Positions 24,618 to 35,158 of a stretch of DNA of 64,000 bases are shown here, in pieces. Both the position numbers and the translations under genes were made by a program. The notes below the pieces were generated by a model that was not told the origin of the DNA, did not search any database, and saw only the letters and a list, made by a program, of their open reading frames with translations. Numbering within the stretch: position 1 is the stretch's first letter; every line of letters starts with the position of its first letter. The stretch comes from Nemertoderma westbladi (lineage: Eukaryota; Animalia; Xenacoelomorpha), in contig JAUCBJ010007480.1 in NCBI GenBank assembly GCA_032718475.1, positions 1 through 64,000 on the forward strand, written 5' to 3'.

Positions 24618-25130
24618 AATGCTCGTATACGCGTAGCTGGAACGTGGCGGAATTTCATGTATCATACTGCTTGGTTGGTTGGATTGGCGACAGCCGTCGA
24701 GGAGTAGCGGTGGGTAAATCGTTGAGTTGGCAATCGATATAATATCGGGTGGGGTATATGCGTGTAGATGGCCACGTCGTTGTTAGTAGTATCATCACAT
24801 ATACAGTATACAGTGGGGGTGGTGGTAGTGTGGCGAAAAGGTGAATAACCGGTGGGCCAGTTAGTTAGTTAGTTAGTTAGTGGGTAACAGCATTCAGTCA
24901 GTCGATCGGTCGGTCGGTCGGTCGGTCGATCGAGGTTAGGCTACGCGTAGGTGATAAGCAACGATTGGTTGAAGGCAAGGCAACGACGCGAATCAATACT
25001 GTTGGTGACAGATGGTCATTAAACACTGCAATTTAGCACCGGAATTTGGCATTTTTAATAGCCCTCCGAGATCTAGCCCATAGCCCAAGCTAGGGAGGAG
25101 TATGCCGAGGTCTATGTTTCTCCTACTACT
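24618..25130 (-). repeat. Right TIR of inner Polinton
   Basis: Inverted match to 6328-6762 plus an extra segment of ~95 bp containing (AGTT)n. Confidence 0.92.
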
Positions 25131-26184
25131 ACCATACAATGATACCTGTACTAAGCTACTACTACATCAGTTTAATAAGGTTGAATACGGTATCCATATT
25201 AAGCTACTTCAGCTCTATTTGAAGCTCGGTCTTAAACTTACACAAGTACATAGGGTCTACTCTTTCTCACAAAAATATATTTTCAAGCACTACATTAGTT
25301 TTAATACGAATAAAAGACAGTCGGCAAATAACCCATTCGAGGTCCTATTTTATAAGTTGATGAACAATGCCTTGTATGGGAAATGCCTCCAAAAGGTTAG
25401 AGACCGCGTTTCTTTCAGGTTATGCAATAGCGACGAACAATGCAATTTGCTCTTAGCCAAGCCCAATCACGAATCGTTTGTTGTCTTTACCCCCAACTTG
25501 AGTGGGCATACTTTCACTAAAGAGGCTGTTTGCCTAAATCAGGGCGTGTTCATCGGTTGCACTATACTAGATCTATCTAAGCTACAGATGTACGACCTAT
25601 TTTACAACAAACTGAAGCCTCTAGAACAAAAACTGGGTTGCCAGATTCGCTGTCTAGCCGGTGACACGGATTCTCTAATGCTAAGCGTAACTAATACACC
25701 ACAGCTAACCTTTCTACGGGCAATGTTTGAGGGTGGTTTCCTAGATACTTCCAACTACAGTACAACACATCCGCTCTATACCATTAAACACAAAGCGGCT
25801 CTCGGCTTCGTAAAAGATGAGAGCTGCGGTTTGCAGTATAAACAGTGGGTTTTCCTTAAACCAAAGGTCTACAGTTTTCAATCCTACGATGCCCCAATCA
25901 AGAAAACCGCCAAAGGTGTATCTAGATCGGTTGTCTCTAAGCAACTAACACACGAGGATTATGCAGACTGTTTTGAAAACGAAGCAATGCTCTTCCGCTA
26001 TAACTCTACCTTCACTTCTAGAAAGCATCAAATTTTTACTGGTGATGTCTATAAGAAGGCTCTAACGCTTTGGGATACGAAATCATATTGGAGTAGTAAA
26101 TATAGCAGCAAACCATACGGGCACTATAGCACTAAGCTTGTTAGACCGGCGAAACGAGTAGTAATCCCCCCTACTAGGGTTTAA
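25131..26184 (+). pseudogene. Outer pPolB, 3' part
   Basis: KLMNNALYGK, GDTDS, KPKVY, TAKGV, KPYGHY; joins in frame to 6327 (..TCRPYNDTCTKLLL..) when the inner element and one TSD copy are removed. Confidence 0.93.
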
Positions 26185-26198
26185 TTTTATTTTTCTAG

Positions 26199-26714
26199 AA
26201 TAAGAAATTGAGCAACAAAATAGAAATAACCAATAAACAGTTTACCGGAAAAAACATTGCCAAATTTGAACTAGAGAAAATTTCACAGCAAATTACAGGT
26301 CAAAGTTGCTTAAAACCAAACATGTTTATCTACAAAGGTGACGATTCAACTTTAATGCTATTTCCCAGCGGCGCAGTAACAATTGTAGGCCTGTGCAATA
26401 ATTTAGCTAGTGAATTGCTTTATTTAAAACAAACTATCGGTATGCAATTACAAAATTTGAAACTTAATACCGAAACACGAACTATTATTTTTCCAAGTGT
26501 TAATTTTAAATTATTAATGAAAAAATGTGGACATCATACAATTAATAATAAAGCAATATTTATTAGCTATACCCCCGAATTATTTTGCGCGATTAGAATA
26601 TATATAGGACGTGCATATTTCAGTGTATTTCATAGTAATAAAATCGTTTCCATGTGTCCTGCCGGTGAATTCCCCGGATCATTATCTATTTTACAAACTT
26701 TATTATTAAATTAG
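26199..26714 (+). CDS. TATA-binding-protein-like protein (outer element), possibly spliced at its 5' end
   Basis: EITN..FELEKI..TLMLFPSGAVTIVG and SYTPELF..FSVFHSNKIV; no early ATG; TTTTCTAG acceptor-like site ends at 26198. Confidence 0.78.
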   Translation, partial: NKKLSNKIEITNKQFTGKNIAKFELEKISQQITGQSCLKPNMFIYKGDDSTLMLFPSGAVTIVGLCNNLASELLYLKQTIGMQLQNLKLNTETRTIIFPSVNFKLLMKKCGHHTINNKAIFISYTPELFCAIRIYIGRAYFSVFHSNKIVSMCPAGEFPGSLSILQTLLLN

Positions 26715-28534
26715 TTTATTTACTATGGTATACATGAAAGTTTACTATATTATTTATTTTGTGTTGGTTTTTATTTTTCCGTGAGTAGGGTTTGAATCCG
26801 TGACCATCCGTGTTACCTACTTTTTATAATTGCATTAGTAGGACTCGAACCCTGGTTTAACTTAATTTGTGTTGGTTTTATAATGGTCGCGAGTAGGGCT
26901 TGAACCCGTGACCAGCTGTTTTTCCTATTTTGTGTCTACTTTTTATAATTTCATGACTAGGATTCGAATCCTGGTTTAACTTATTTTGTGTTGGATTTAT
27001 AATGGTCGCGAGTAGGGATTGAACCTATGACCTCCTGTTTATTTTCCATAAAACGGGTACGACTAGGGATCGAACCTGTGACCATCTGTTTATCCTATTT
27101 TGTGTTTAGTTTAGGTATTCTAGTTATTCTATGTTTACTTTTTATATTTTCATGACTAGGATTCGAACCCTGGTTTATCCTATTTTGTGTTTACTTTTTA
27201 TATTTTCCGTAAAATGGGATACGAGTAGGGATTGAGCCCGTGACCTTCTGTTTTTCCTATTTTGTGTTTAGTTTAGGTACTCTAGTTATTCTATGTTTAA
27301 CTTATTTTGTGTTGGTTTTATATTGGTCGTGAGTAGGGATTGAACCCGTGACCATCTGTTTATCCAATTTTGTGTTTAGTTTAGTTACTCTATGTTAAAG
27401 TGAATTTTCATATTATATTTATGTTAAATTATAAATTTATGCTACAATTATTATTTATATTATAAAAACAGAAATATTCGAGTTATATTGCATTATATAT
27501 TTTACATTGAAGTGGAATACTTTAGATGCTGGGGGAATCTGGTTTGCGAGGGATATTTGAATGGTGAGTATAACTATCCTTGAGAGCTAGTGCAACGCTA
27601 TCTCACTATGGATGGGCTTTACCACTGTACTCGCATCTGCTCTCTCATTGGCTGCTCGATGTCTCCGATTAAGGGTCTAAGGCCTTCAAGCTGGTCATTT
27701 GCTTAGTTCTCTAATTGGAGGGATGTGAGTTTGGACCCTAGAAGAGCATTATTCTTTTTCCTAGCTCTTGATTAACTCTAGCATACACTCTAGCTTTGAC
27801 TCTCCCGGCTATAGTGATAGTATGCAACCTTGGGAGTTAATGTGAGTACATATTTCAGTGTATTTCATAGTAATAAAATCGTTTCCATGTGTCCTACCGG
27901 TGAATTCCCCGGATCATTATCTATTTTACAAACTGTATTATTAAATTATTTTATTTACTATGGTATGCATGAAAGTTTACTATATTATTTATTTTGTGTT
28001 GGTTTTTATTTTTCCGTGAGTAGGGTTTGAATCCGTGACCATCTGTTTATCCTATTTTGTGTTTAGTTTAGTTACTCTATGTTAAAGTGAATTTTCACAT
28101 TATATTTATGTTAAATTATAAATTTATGCTACAATTATTATTTATATTATAAAAAACAGAAATATTCGAGTTATATTGCATTATATATTTTACATTGAAG
28201 TGGAATACTTTAGATGTTGGGGGAATCTGGTTTGCGAGGGATATTTGAATGGTGAGTATAACTATCCTTGAGAGCTAGTGCAACGCTATCTCACTATGGA
28301 TGGGCTTTACCACTGTACTCGCATCTGCTCTCTCATTGGCTGCTCGATGCCTCCGATTAAGGGTCTAAGGCCTTCAAGCTGACCATTTGCTTAGTTTTCT
28401 AATTAGAAGGTCGTGAGTTTGCACCCTAGAAGAGCATTATTCTTTTTCCTAGCTCTCGGCTAACTCTAGTACACTCTAGCTTTGACTCTCCCGGCTATTG
28501 TGATAGTATGCAACCGTGGGAGTTAATGTGAGTA
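26614..28534. repeat. Tandem duplication (26614-27848 and 27849-28534); second copy has the B-box array reduced to one unit
   Basis: Both copies start CATATTTCAGTGTATTTCATAG (3' end of the TBP-like gene) and end GTTAATGTGAGTA. Confidence 0.9.
26779..27365 (-). repeat. Tandem array of ~9 tRNA T-arm/B-box-like units
   Basis: Recurrent GAGTAGGGxTTGAACCCGTGACC and GACTAGGATTCGAACCCTGG units; minus strand reads GGTTCRANCC; T-rich spacers. Confidence 0.75.
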
Positions 28535-29826
28535 AAGACCAAGAGATTAGACTTCAGGCTCCCTCTATTGGTTCATTCTTCTTAACTTTATAAAATAACT
28601 CAACCCGTATTTAAAGTTTTAAAAATTATGACTTAGTCGACTAATTTTCCAAAGTATATTATAAAAACATATAATTTCTTGAATAAATAGACCTAATAGT
28701 AATAAATAATGTGGGGGTAAATACATTTATAATTCTAATATAATTATTAAGGATAAATAGTCCTAATACTAATATAATTATGTAATAGTAAGCAAAATTT
28801 TTATGCGCAACCATCAGAGATTATTTGGATATAAAAGATCACACAGCAGGAGGCTAACTTGCTGGGATCGACAAAGGCTTTGTGTGCGGTGTGCCGCTAT
28901 GTCTTATATCGGGTGGATGAGAGAGCCCCGCCCCCTAAGCGTAACATTGCGAACATGGGCTATATTGCTAGAGAGAGAACTACATATAAGACCACATGGA
29001 GGTTCATGGAGTGGATGGGCTACGTGAATGGAGGAGCCTAGACCATTGAATAATTAATTTAGTGCAGGAAGATGTCACGCCATTAGTCTGACACCGAGAG
29101 GGCACAGAGAAAGACCAGAACATGCCTTAACATCACTAACTATGGGCCTACTAGACACTATTAACCGCACACTATAATAAAGGTAAACAAAATCCTTATC
29201 GCATTTTCAGCTATAATGAGCGACAGTTCGCGGCAAACTATAGAGAGTTTCTAGATTACTAAACGTTTCAAAACTATTAATTTTTATCCTTTGACGGAAA
29301 ATTATGTTCAATTGTCCCGTTCAACAACATTACACTGGTACACATTTGATAAAATATGTTCACAATTGTACAAATCTGGGTTTTCTGGTGGCCTGTACCA
29401 TAGAAACATTAAAATAAGTATGGATAGCTAAAGTATAATTAAATAAATAAAGTTCTTTATGAATCTTTTTTCTCCACTCCATAGAATTATAACTCATCAG
29501 CCCCCATTAGTAACACTAATTTATCTGTTTTCACAGTGAGATCCAACTGTCACCGCTCTAGAACAACTGCGCTCCCAATCTCGCTCGCTCCAGCGAAAAC
29601 TAACTCGAGCCCTCAGCGATAGAATATAATTTAGCCTATGAGAAAATAAATAATTTATTTTATAATTAAATAATAATTTATTATTTAAGTAATTGCTTTA
29701 TAGCCATCTTGGTAATTCTTATAACTTTAAAATTATTGTAATTACTCAAATTAATTTCTATACTCAATTTGCTTATTGCTTTAACCTATTTTATTATATC
29801 ATATTATAAAGGAATGTTAGTATTAA

Positions 29827-30246
29827 TTAAAACTTACACCATGGTTCCTCCCTGAAATCTTCTGTTTCCTCCCAGTTTTCCTGGGGAAAAGGGTAAAGGA
29901 AACGTTGTTCCTCAGCCGCTGCTATCTCTTTCTGAACATATTCCTGGTACAAATATTGATCGTACCAGTTGGAGGAGGTCCGAAGCCCTTCCACTCGCGC
30001 TTCCTCCAATGCTCGAATCTCGAGCTCTCGATCAGCCAAATCTTCCTCCCACGCCATCTCCTCTTCCTGATCCCTCATATAACGGACATAGGGAGTGACC
30101 GCTTCCGACCTGCTCTCCATGGTCTGTGTACCGACGCTTCTGGTTGTGGTTGTGTTGGTAGCGTTGGATATGGTGGTGACGGGTGTAGCTGTGATGGAGA
30201 CCGGTGTTACGGAGGCGGCTAGCTGGGTGCTGGTGGTGGAATCCAT
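29827..30246 (-). CDS. Hypothetical protein, Thr-rich N-terminus and acidic C-terminus
   Basis: 139-aa ORF in a GC-richer island with TATATAA upstream (~30380). Confidence 0.5.
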   Translation of the reverse strand: MDSTTSTQLAASVTPVSITATPVTTISNATNTTTTRSVGTQTMESRSEAVTPYVRYMRDQEEEMAWEEDLADRELEIRALEEARVEGLRTSSNWYDQYLYQEYVQKEIAAAEEQRFLYPFPQENWEETEDFREEPWCKF

Positions 30247-30589
30247 GATGATGAATAGTCAAATTGTAAACGCAAAAGTTTAAAATAAAATGTGAAGTTT
30301 AAAATTAGCGTCTTGTAAAATAAATCATGTAAAATTATTCGAGCTCAAAACTGATGAGGAATGAAGGTTCCGTCTCGGTTTATATAGCATCAACGCAGAG
30401 GGAACAACACAACAGATTCAACGAGAGGCGGCTTTAATTAAAGGGTTCCCCAGTGATAAGTCGTTAGGAGCCAGTAGTAATTATATAACGGTAATAACTA
30501 GGGGATATAGCATATGAATGTTAGCCTTATTTGGGCCATCAAGCTTATTAGCAATAGAGATATCTCGCTTGCCGGCCGGCCCTCATGCA

Positions 30590-32865
30590 AATTTAGCGGC
30601 GCCAAGGCTAACGGGGCACCTCGAAGACAGTCTGGCTATAGTAGAGTAGAATGGATATACGAGTCCATAGCTAAAATACATCTGCCATGGAGCCTTCGCG
30701 TAGCACTATGCTCACCAAATATATTTATAATTCTCTATCCGCGAAATTTTCAGGAATTTTAAATTTTTGCCGTCGCTTCGCGGAAAAAATAAAAAGTAAA
30801 CACAAAATAGGATATACAGATTGTCATAGATTCGATTCCCTACCCCGACCAGGGTCATTATGACCCTCCCCCGTGTTTGTACAACATTTTATAGCCCGAT
30901 AGTATTGGGGTTATTATGTGACTCATGAAAATAAATCTTAAATACAATACAAATGTTCCATCTTGGTGAAGTGGATGCAATGTATTTACAACTCGAGTGT
31001 GGATCAGGATAGTTTTCGTTAAGGTTTCACCTTGGTGAAGTGGAAGCATTGTATTCACATTTCGAGTACCATTTTTATTGAAACTATGGGGCATTTTATA
31101 TTAGCCGATTTTTCAAAATTTGTAAAGTTTTGAGGGTTTTTATGGAAAATATAGGGATTTAGGGATTAACATTCAAATTGACTACGAAGAAGCCATAGGT
31201 ATCATTAATGGTATGTTGAGACTCAGAAATTTTCAGGAATTTTAAATTTTGGCCGTCGCTTCGCGGAAAATATAAAAAGTAAACACAAAATAGGATATAC
31301 AGATTGTCATAGATTCGATTCCCTACCTCGACCAGGGTCATTATGACCCTCCCCGATGTTTGTACAACATTTTATAGCCCGGTAGTATTATGATTAAAGC
31401 TACTAAACTAAAACATAACAAAGTGCAATTATCCTATCTGTTCCAACTCAGTCTCACTACTTTAGATAATATACTATAATAATAGTGATAGCAGATGCTT
31501 TTAATTTCGCGATGAAATAATGTCAGCAAACGAAATATAGCGAATACATCATAGATAGAGTTTTAAATTAGTATGGTTTTATCTGTAATTTTTTATTTTG
31601 AACGCAATAGTAAAAAGGTTATTATGTGACTCATGAAAATAAATCTTAAATAAAATACAAATGTTCCACCTTGGTGAAGTGGATGCAATGTATTTACACC
31701 TCAAGTGTGGATCAGGTTTGTAGCCAGGATTTTTAAGTTGGGTAGACCTGGGAATATCAGAGTAGGCAGGCGGAAATGTTAATTTGGATAAATTTTACAA
31801 TAGATTTAACTGATTAATTGTTTACAGCGGATAGAAAGCAAACCTACAGTAGGATGTACATGGAGTCCACCATTAGTTCATCATTTGTATACAAAGCATA
31901 ATTTAAACAATGGACGAAATCGCGTAGGTCCGCGTCTACCAGTCTACTAACGCATTAACTGTCTCCTTGAATGGCTTACTATCAATCATACTACTAAAAA
32001 ATTCATTGGAGAGTGGGATTGAACTCGTTGTATAGTAAAAAAGTAAAACGAGTGAAATACTATATGTATAATTACAGGATGGCTGGGTGCAACCTTCGTT
32101 CACCTACAACCTCCCCCCAGGTGCAATCTTTGTTCGCGAAATTTTCAGGAATTTTAAATTTTGCAGTCGCATGGAGCGATAACCCTTAGGTGAAAGCCAA
32201 ATTTGCTCTACTTTAATCAAATGGGGCATTAAAGCTACGAGTATATTTTCCTTTACATCCTCCCCCGATTTTACACAAATCTGGGTAAAAGGCAGTTGAA
32301 GGGCTATCATTCCCAACATATGCGGTCCCCCCTTTAATGTTTCATTGTTCTATTCATAGTCGCCTTTAAGAATTTCTCGGGAAAATAAGGACGATCACTT
32401 TCAACCCATGCGGCCCTCCCTTTCACGATTTCATTGAACTATCCATAGTATGAACAATCAAACCAAAGCCTTTGAATATCCTCGCGTCTTATCAGCGGCG
32501 CCATGGCTAACGGCTTAATATCAATAGTGAAGCATCTAAAAGACGGAGTGTCTATGATAGGGCAGAACAGCGTACTTACAGCTTAGAGGTGGGCGCGCTG
32601 AAAACTTTGCTCGCCATCAATACATACAAAGCATCGCCTGATGGAAAGAGTAATAGCGTGGATATTTTCATTTTGGTGAATATAATTTATAGCATTAATC
32701 ACGAAAATCGCTAAATAATATATTTTAACTAAAATCAACTCTGATAAACAACTTGCATATCGAGTTTGTAAAGAATTCATAGGGATTGGCTGTTTATTTA
32801 GGGGTTAACATTCAAAATGATTATGAACGAGCAATAGGGTCATTAATGGTATGCTGAGACTCACT
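30590..32865. repeat. Mosaic of dispersed direct repeats within the outer element
   Basis: ~30743-30905 repeats at ~31227-31388; ~30909-31007 at ~31618-31715; GAAATTTTCAGGAATTTTAAATTTT three times; ~31158-31224 resembles ~32797-32863. Confidence 0.75.
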
Positions 32866-33096
32866 TACTTCATGGCTCGCTCTCATAGAATAGATTAACT
32901 AATAGAGAAAAATGAAAAATAACCGGTTAAACATCTCATATTTTTTAAACATTATGGGGAAACAAGAATAAATAATTTACCGACAACATCAATAATAAAT
33001 AATTTACCAACAACATTAATAATAAATAATATAAGAACATCAACAATAACAAAAGATATAGTCAGAACAGTTTTTATTAAATAGAGACTGTTTATA

Positions 33097-34809
33097 TTAA
33101 TAGGGTTGCTGGTCTCCGAGAGTAACGTTTGGTTTAACCCTTTTAGGGTCCGATACTATTAATGGCTGCGATAATTTTCTCTTTAATAGTTTGTTGAGAT
33201 AACCTTTTCTTGGGGGGTAAAATAGATTAAGGTGTGTTTGCTGCGGGAGAAAGATGCCTTCTCTGAGAGAACGTTTTAGTAATTCGAAAAGGCGCGCGAT
33301 GGTAAAGTCGTTGGATAGAGTGATAGTGTTGGTATTTTTCGTATTGGTGAATATAATTTCTGTTGGTTTGTTCTCGATATGAATGTAAGGACTGAGGTAG
33401 TAGTGAGAGTTGGGTGGGTTGGTTATATTTATCGTGAGAAAATCGCTGCCCCTAATATTGAGACCGTTGGTGAACTGAAAAGTGGTATTCTCTTCGTCTT
33501 TCATTAAAATGGGCCAGATACCGACATATTTTTCGGATTTGAACTTATAGATAAAGGCTGCGATACTGCTATTTATGAGATAGCGCTGGTGATTGGGGAT
33601 CGTAATCTGCTTCGGTTTGAAAGCAAATTGTATAGCCATAGCCTTGAATCTGATTAGAGCCTCGCGCGCTTGAATCGTGTTAGCTATAGTAAAGGATTTG
33701 TTAAATTTTCTCTCGGTTATCTGTAAATCAATTTCTGAATCACTGATACAACTTTGTATCGATATTCGCTCGGAAATGTTGTCTTTGTATACGTTAAGTT
33801 CATCGTAGCAGACACATTCACTATCCTCGATGGTTGAATCGAACCATTTCAATTCGCCGACCTCGGTTGGTGTAAGAAGAATCATGCCCCTAGAAGAAAC
33901 AATAGCCTTTCCATCGTCAACCTCGTAGCCATTGGTGATCGCTAAATTGCGCTCGTTCCGAATATTTGTAACAAACCCAAAAGTGCAATAGTCAAAAGCA
34001 ACCCAATTACCCGGTTTTAGGACAAGGTGAGTAGTAGGATTAATAAAAGGGCGACAGATGTTTACATATTGTCGAAATAAATTGGCGCAGGCGACGGAAA
34101 ATGTGATCCATGAACTGTTTACAGTGTCTTCCAGCTTTATTAACTCGAGTGGTTTCACTGGGTTAATACTTCCATAGGTGCCAACTCTATAATTGAATCC
34201 AAAGTAATAGGAGACTTTATTGGCGAAAAAGCATGTGAGCTCATTCAATTTCTCGCCGAAAGCGAGAACATCCTTGTCGAAAAGTTTAAAGAAACGAGTC
34301 TCCTCTTCCTCGGTCGGAGTCGACGAGTTCCAGATGAGAAGAAGAATCGAGTTTGCGATACTATGAAAATCGAATAAGCGATCATCGGAGAAGAAGGAGG
34401 TTACGAGAGTGGTTAAACCCAGTAAACGATTTGCCACATCTTGGTTGATGTTTTCTCGAATAAAATCGACTATGCTAGTTGGAATCGTAAACGTCTCGGG
34501 CGAAGTAGTTAGATTGAACGTTATTTTGTTGTCCCTTTTTAAAAGTTTGAAACCGTGGTTGGAGGAATGAAGTTTATTATCGTCGAGGGTTTGATATTGT
34601 CCATCGTGAAGTTCGTAGCAGGCACGGAAAATAAAGTGCGCGTAGTTTGCCGGAATCGGGATGGGTTGGTTTAAGGTTGTATTTATCGTTAACGGGAAGA
34701 GTTTGTTCGCCGAATCGAAATATAGACCAAACGAGTTGTCTTGTAGCATAAACTGATTTTCGTTGCAAACCAGATCGTTGCTTGAATAGCTGATTTCTGA
34801 ATGTGCCAT
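33097..34809 (-). CDS. 570-aa protein with at least two putative PC4-like repeats
   Basis: GFVTNIRNERNLAITNGY.VDDG..VSSRGMILLTPTEVGEL and AFIYKFKSEKYVGIWPI..GLNIRGSDF; basic NLS-like C-terminus; resembles inner ORF 7481-8518. Confidence 0.62.
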   Translation of the reverse strand: MAHSEISYSSNDLVCNENQFMLQDNSFGLYFDSANKLFPLTINTTLNQPIPIPANYAHFIFRACYELHDGQYQTLDDNKLHSSNHGFKLLKRDNKITFNLTTSPETFTIPTSIVDFIRENINQDVANRLLGLTTLVTSFFSDDRLFDFHSIANSILLLIWNSSTPTEEEETRFFKLFDKDVLAFGEKLNELTCFFANKVSYYFGFNYRVGTYGSINPVKPLELIKLEDTVNSSWITFSVACANLFRQYVNICRPFINPTTHLVLKPGNWVAFDYCTFGFVTNIRNERNLAITNGYEVDDGKAIVSSRGMILLTPTEVGELKWFDSTIEDSECVCYDELNVYKDNISERISIQSCISDSEIDLQITERKFNKSFTIANTIQAREALIRFKAMAIQFAFKPKQITIPNHQRYLINSSIAAFIYKFKSEKYVGIWPILMKDEENTTFQFTNGLNIRGSDFLTINITNPPNSHYYLSPYIHIENKPTEIIFTNTKNTNTITLSNDFTIARLFELLKRSLREGIFLPQQTHLNLFYPPRKGYLNKLLKRKLSQPLIVSDPKRVKPNVTLGDQQPY

Positions 34810-34924
34810 CGTGATTGTGTACCGGTAACTCGTTTAGGAAATAAAAATAAATAAATACTTTTACGAAAATAATTAAAACTTTTCAGGAAAACAAAGAGAC
34901 AATGATTGGGAATGTGGTGAACGG

Positions 34925-35030
34925 GGGCTATTATAGAGGGGGCTAGAATGGGTTAGCCAATCAGGGAACAGGAGGGAGAAAAGACTGTATAATTAAACCA
35001 ATCAGAGAGCAGCTTTGATGACGTCACATC
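34925..35030 (-). promoter_or_regulatory. Putative promoter of the 570-aa gene
   Basis: TATAATA on minus strand (~34930), two CCAATCAG boxes (~34957, ~34998), CRE palindrome TGACGTCA (~35019). Confidence 0.5.
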
Positions 35031-35158
35031 AGGCGAGATAATGATTGCCCAATGTTATTCAATGGTAGCCAGAGTGGCGCCATTGAATAACGAAGACAAA
35101 GGGGCCGCGAGAGGAAAGATTATAAAGTTAACGATAAGGGATCTATAAACCATAGAGC

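Larger units (their letters stand above)
6328..25130. mobile_element. Inner Polinton/Maverick (adintovirus-like), full gene set, partly decayed
   Basis: Ends AGTAGTAGG...CCTACTACT; 6-bp TSD ACCATA at 6322-6327 and 25131-25136; TIRs; pPolB, INT, ATPase, PRO, MCP and mCP genes. Confidence 0.97.

Noticed and set aside
25102-25130. ATG start of the 360-aa ORF
   Set aside because: The first residues come from the inner TIR; the ORF is the severed 3' part of the outer pPolB
26779-27365. tRNA gene cluster or CRISPR-like array
   Set aside because: Only T-arm/B-box-like cores are present, with no cloverleaf; spacers are themselves repetitive, there are no cas genes and the context is eukaryotic
27830-28030. 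Separate 66-aa gene
   Set aside because: It is the duplicated 3' end of the TBP-like gene
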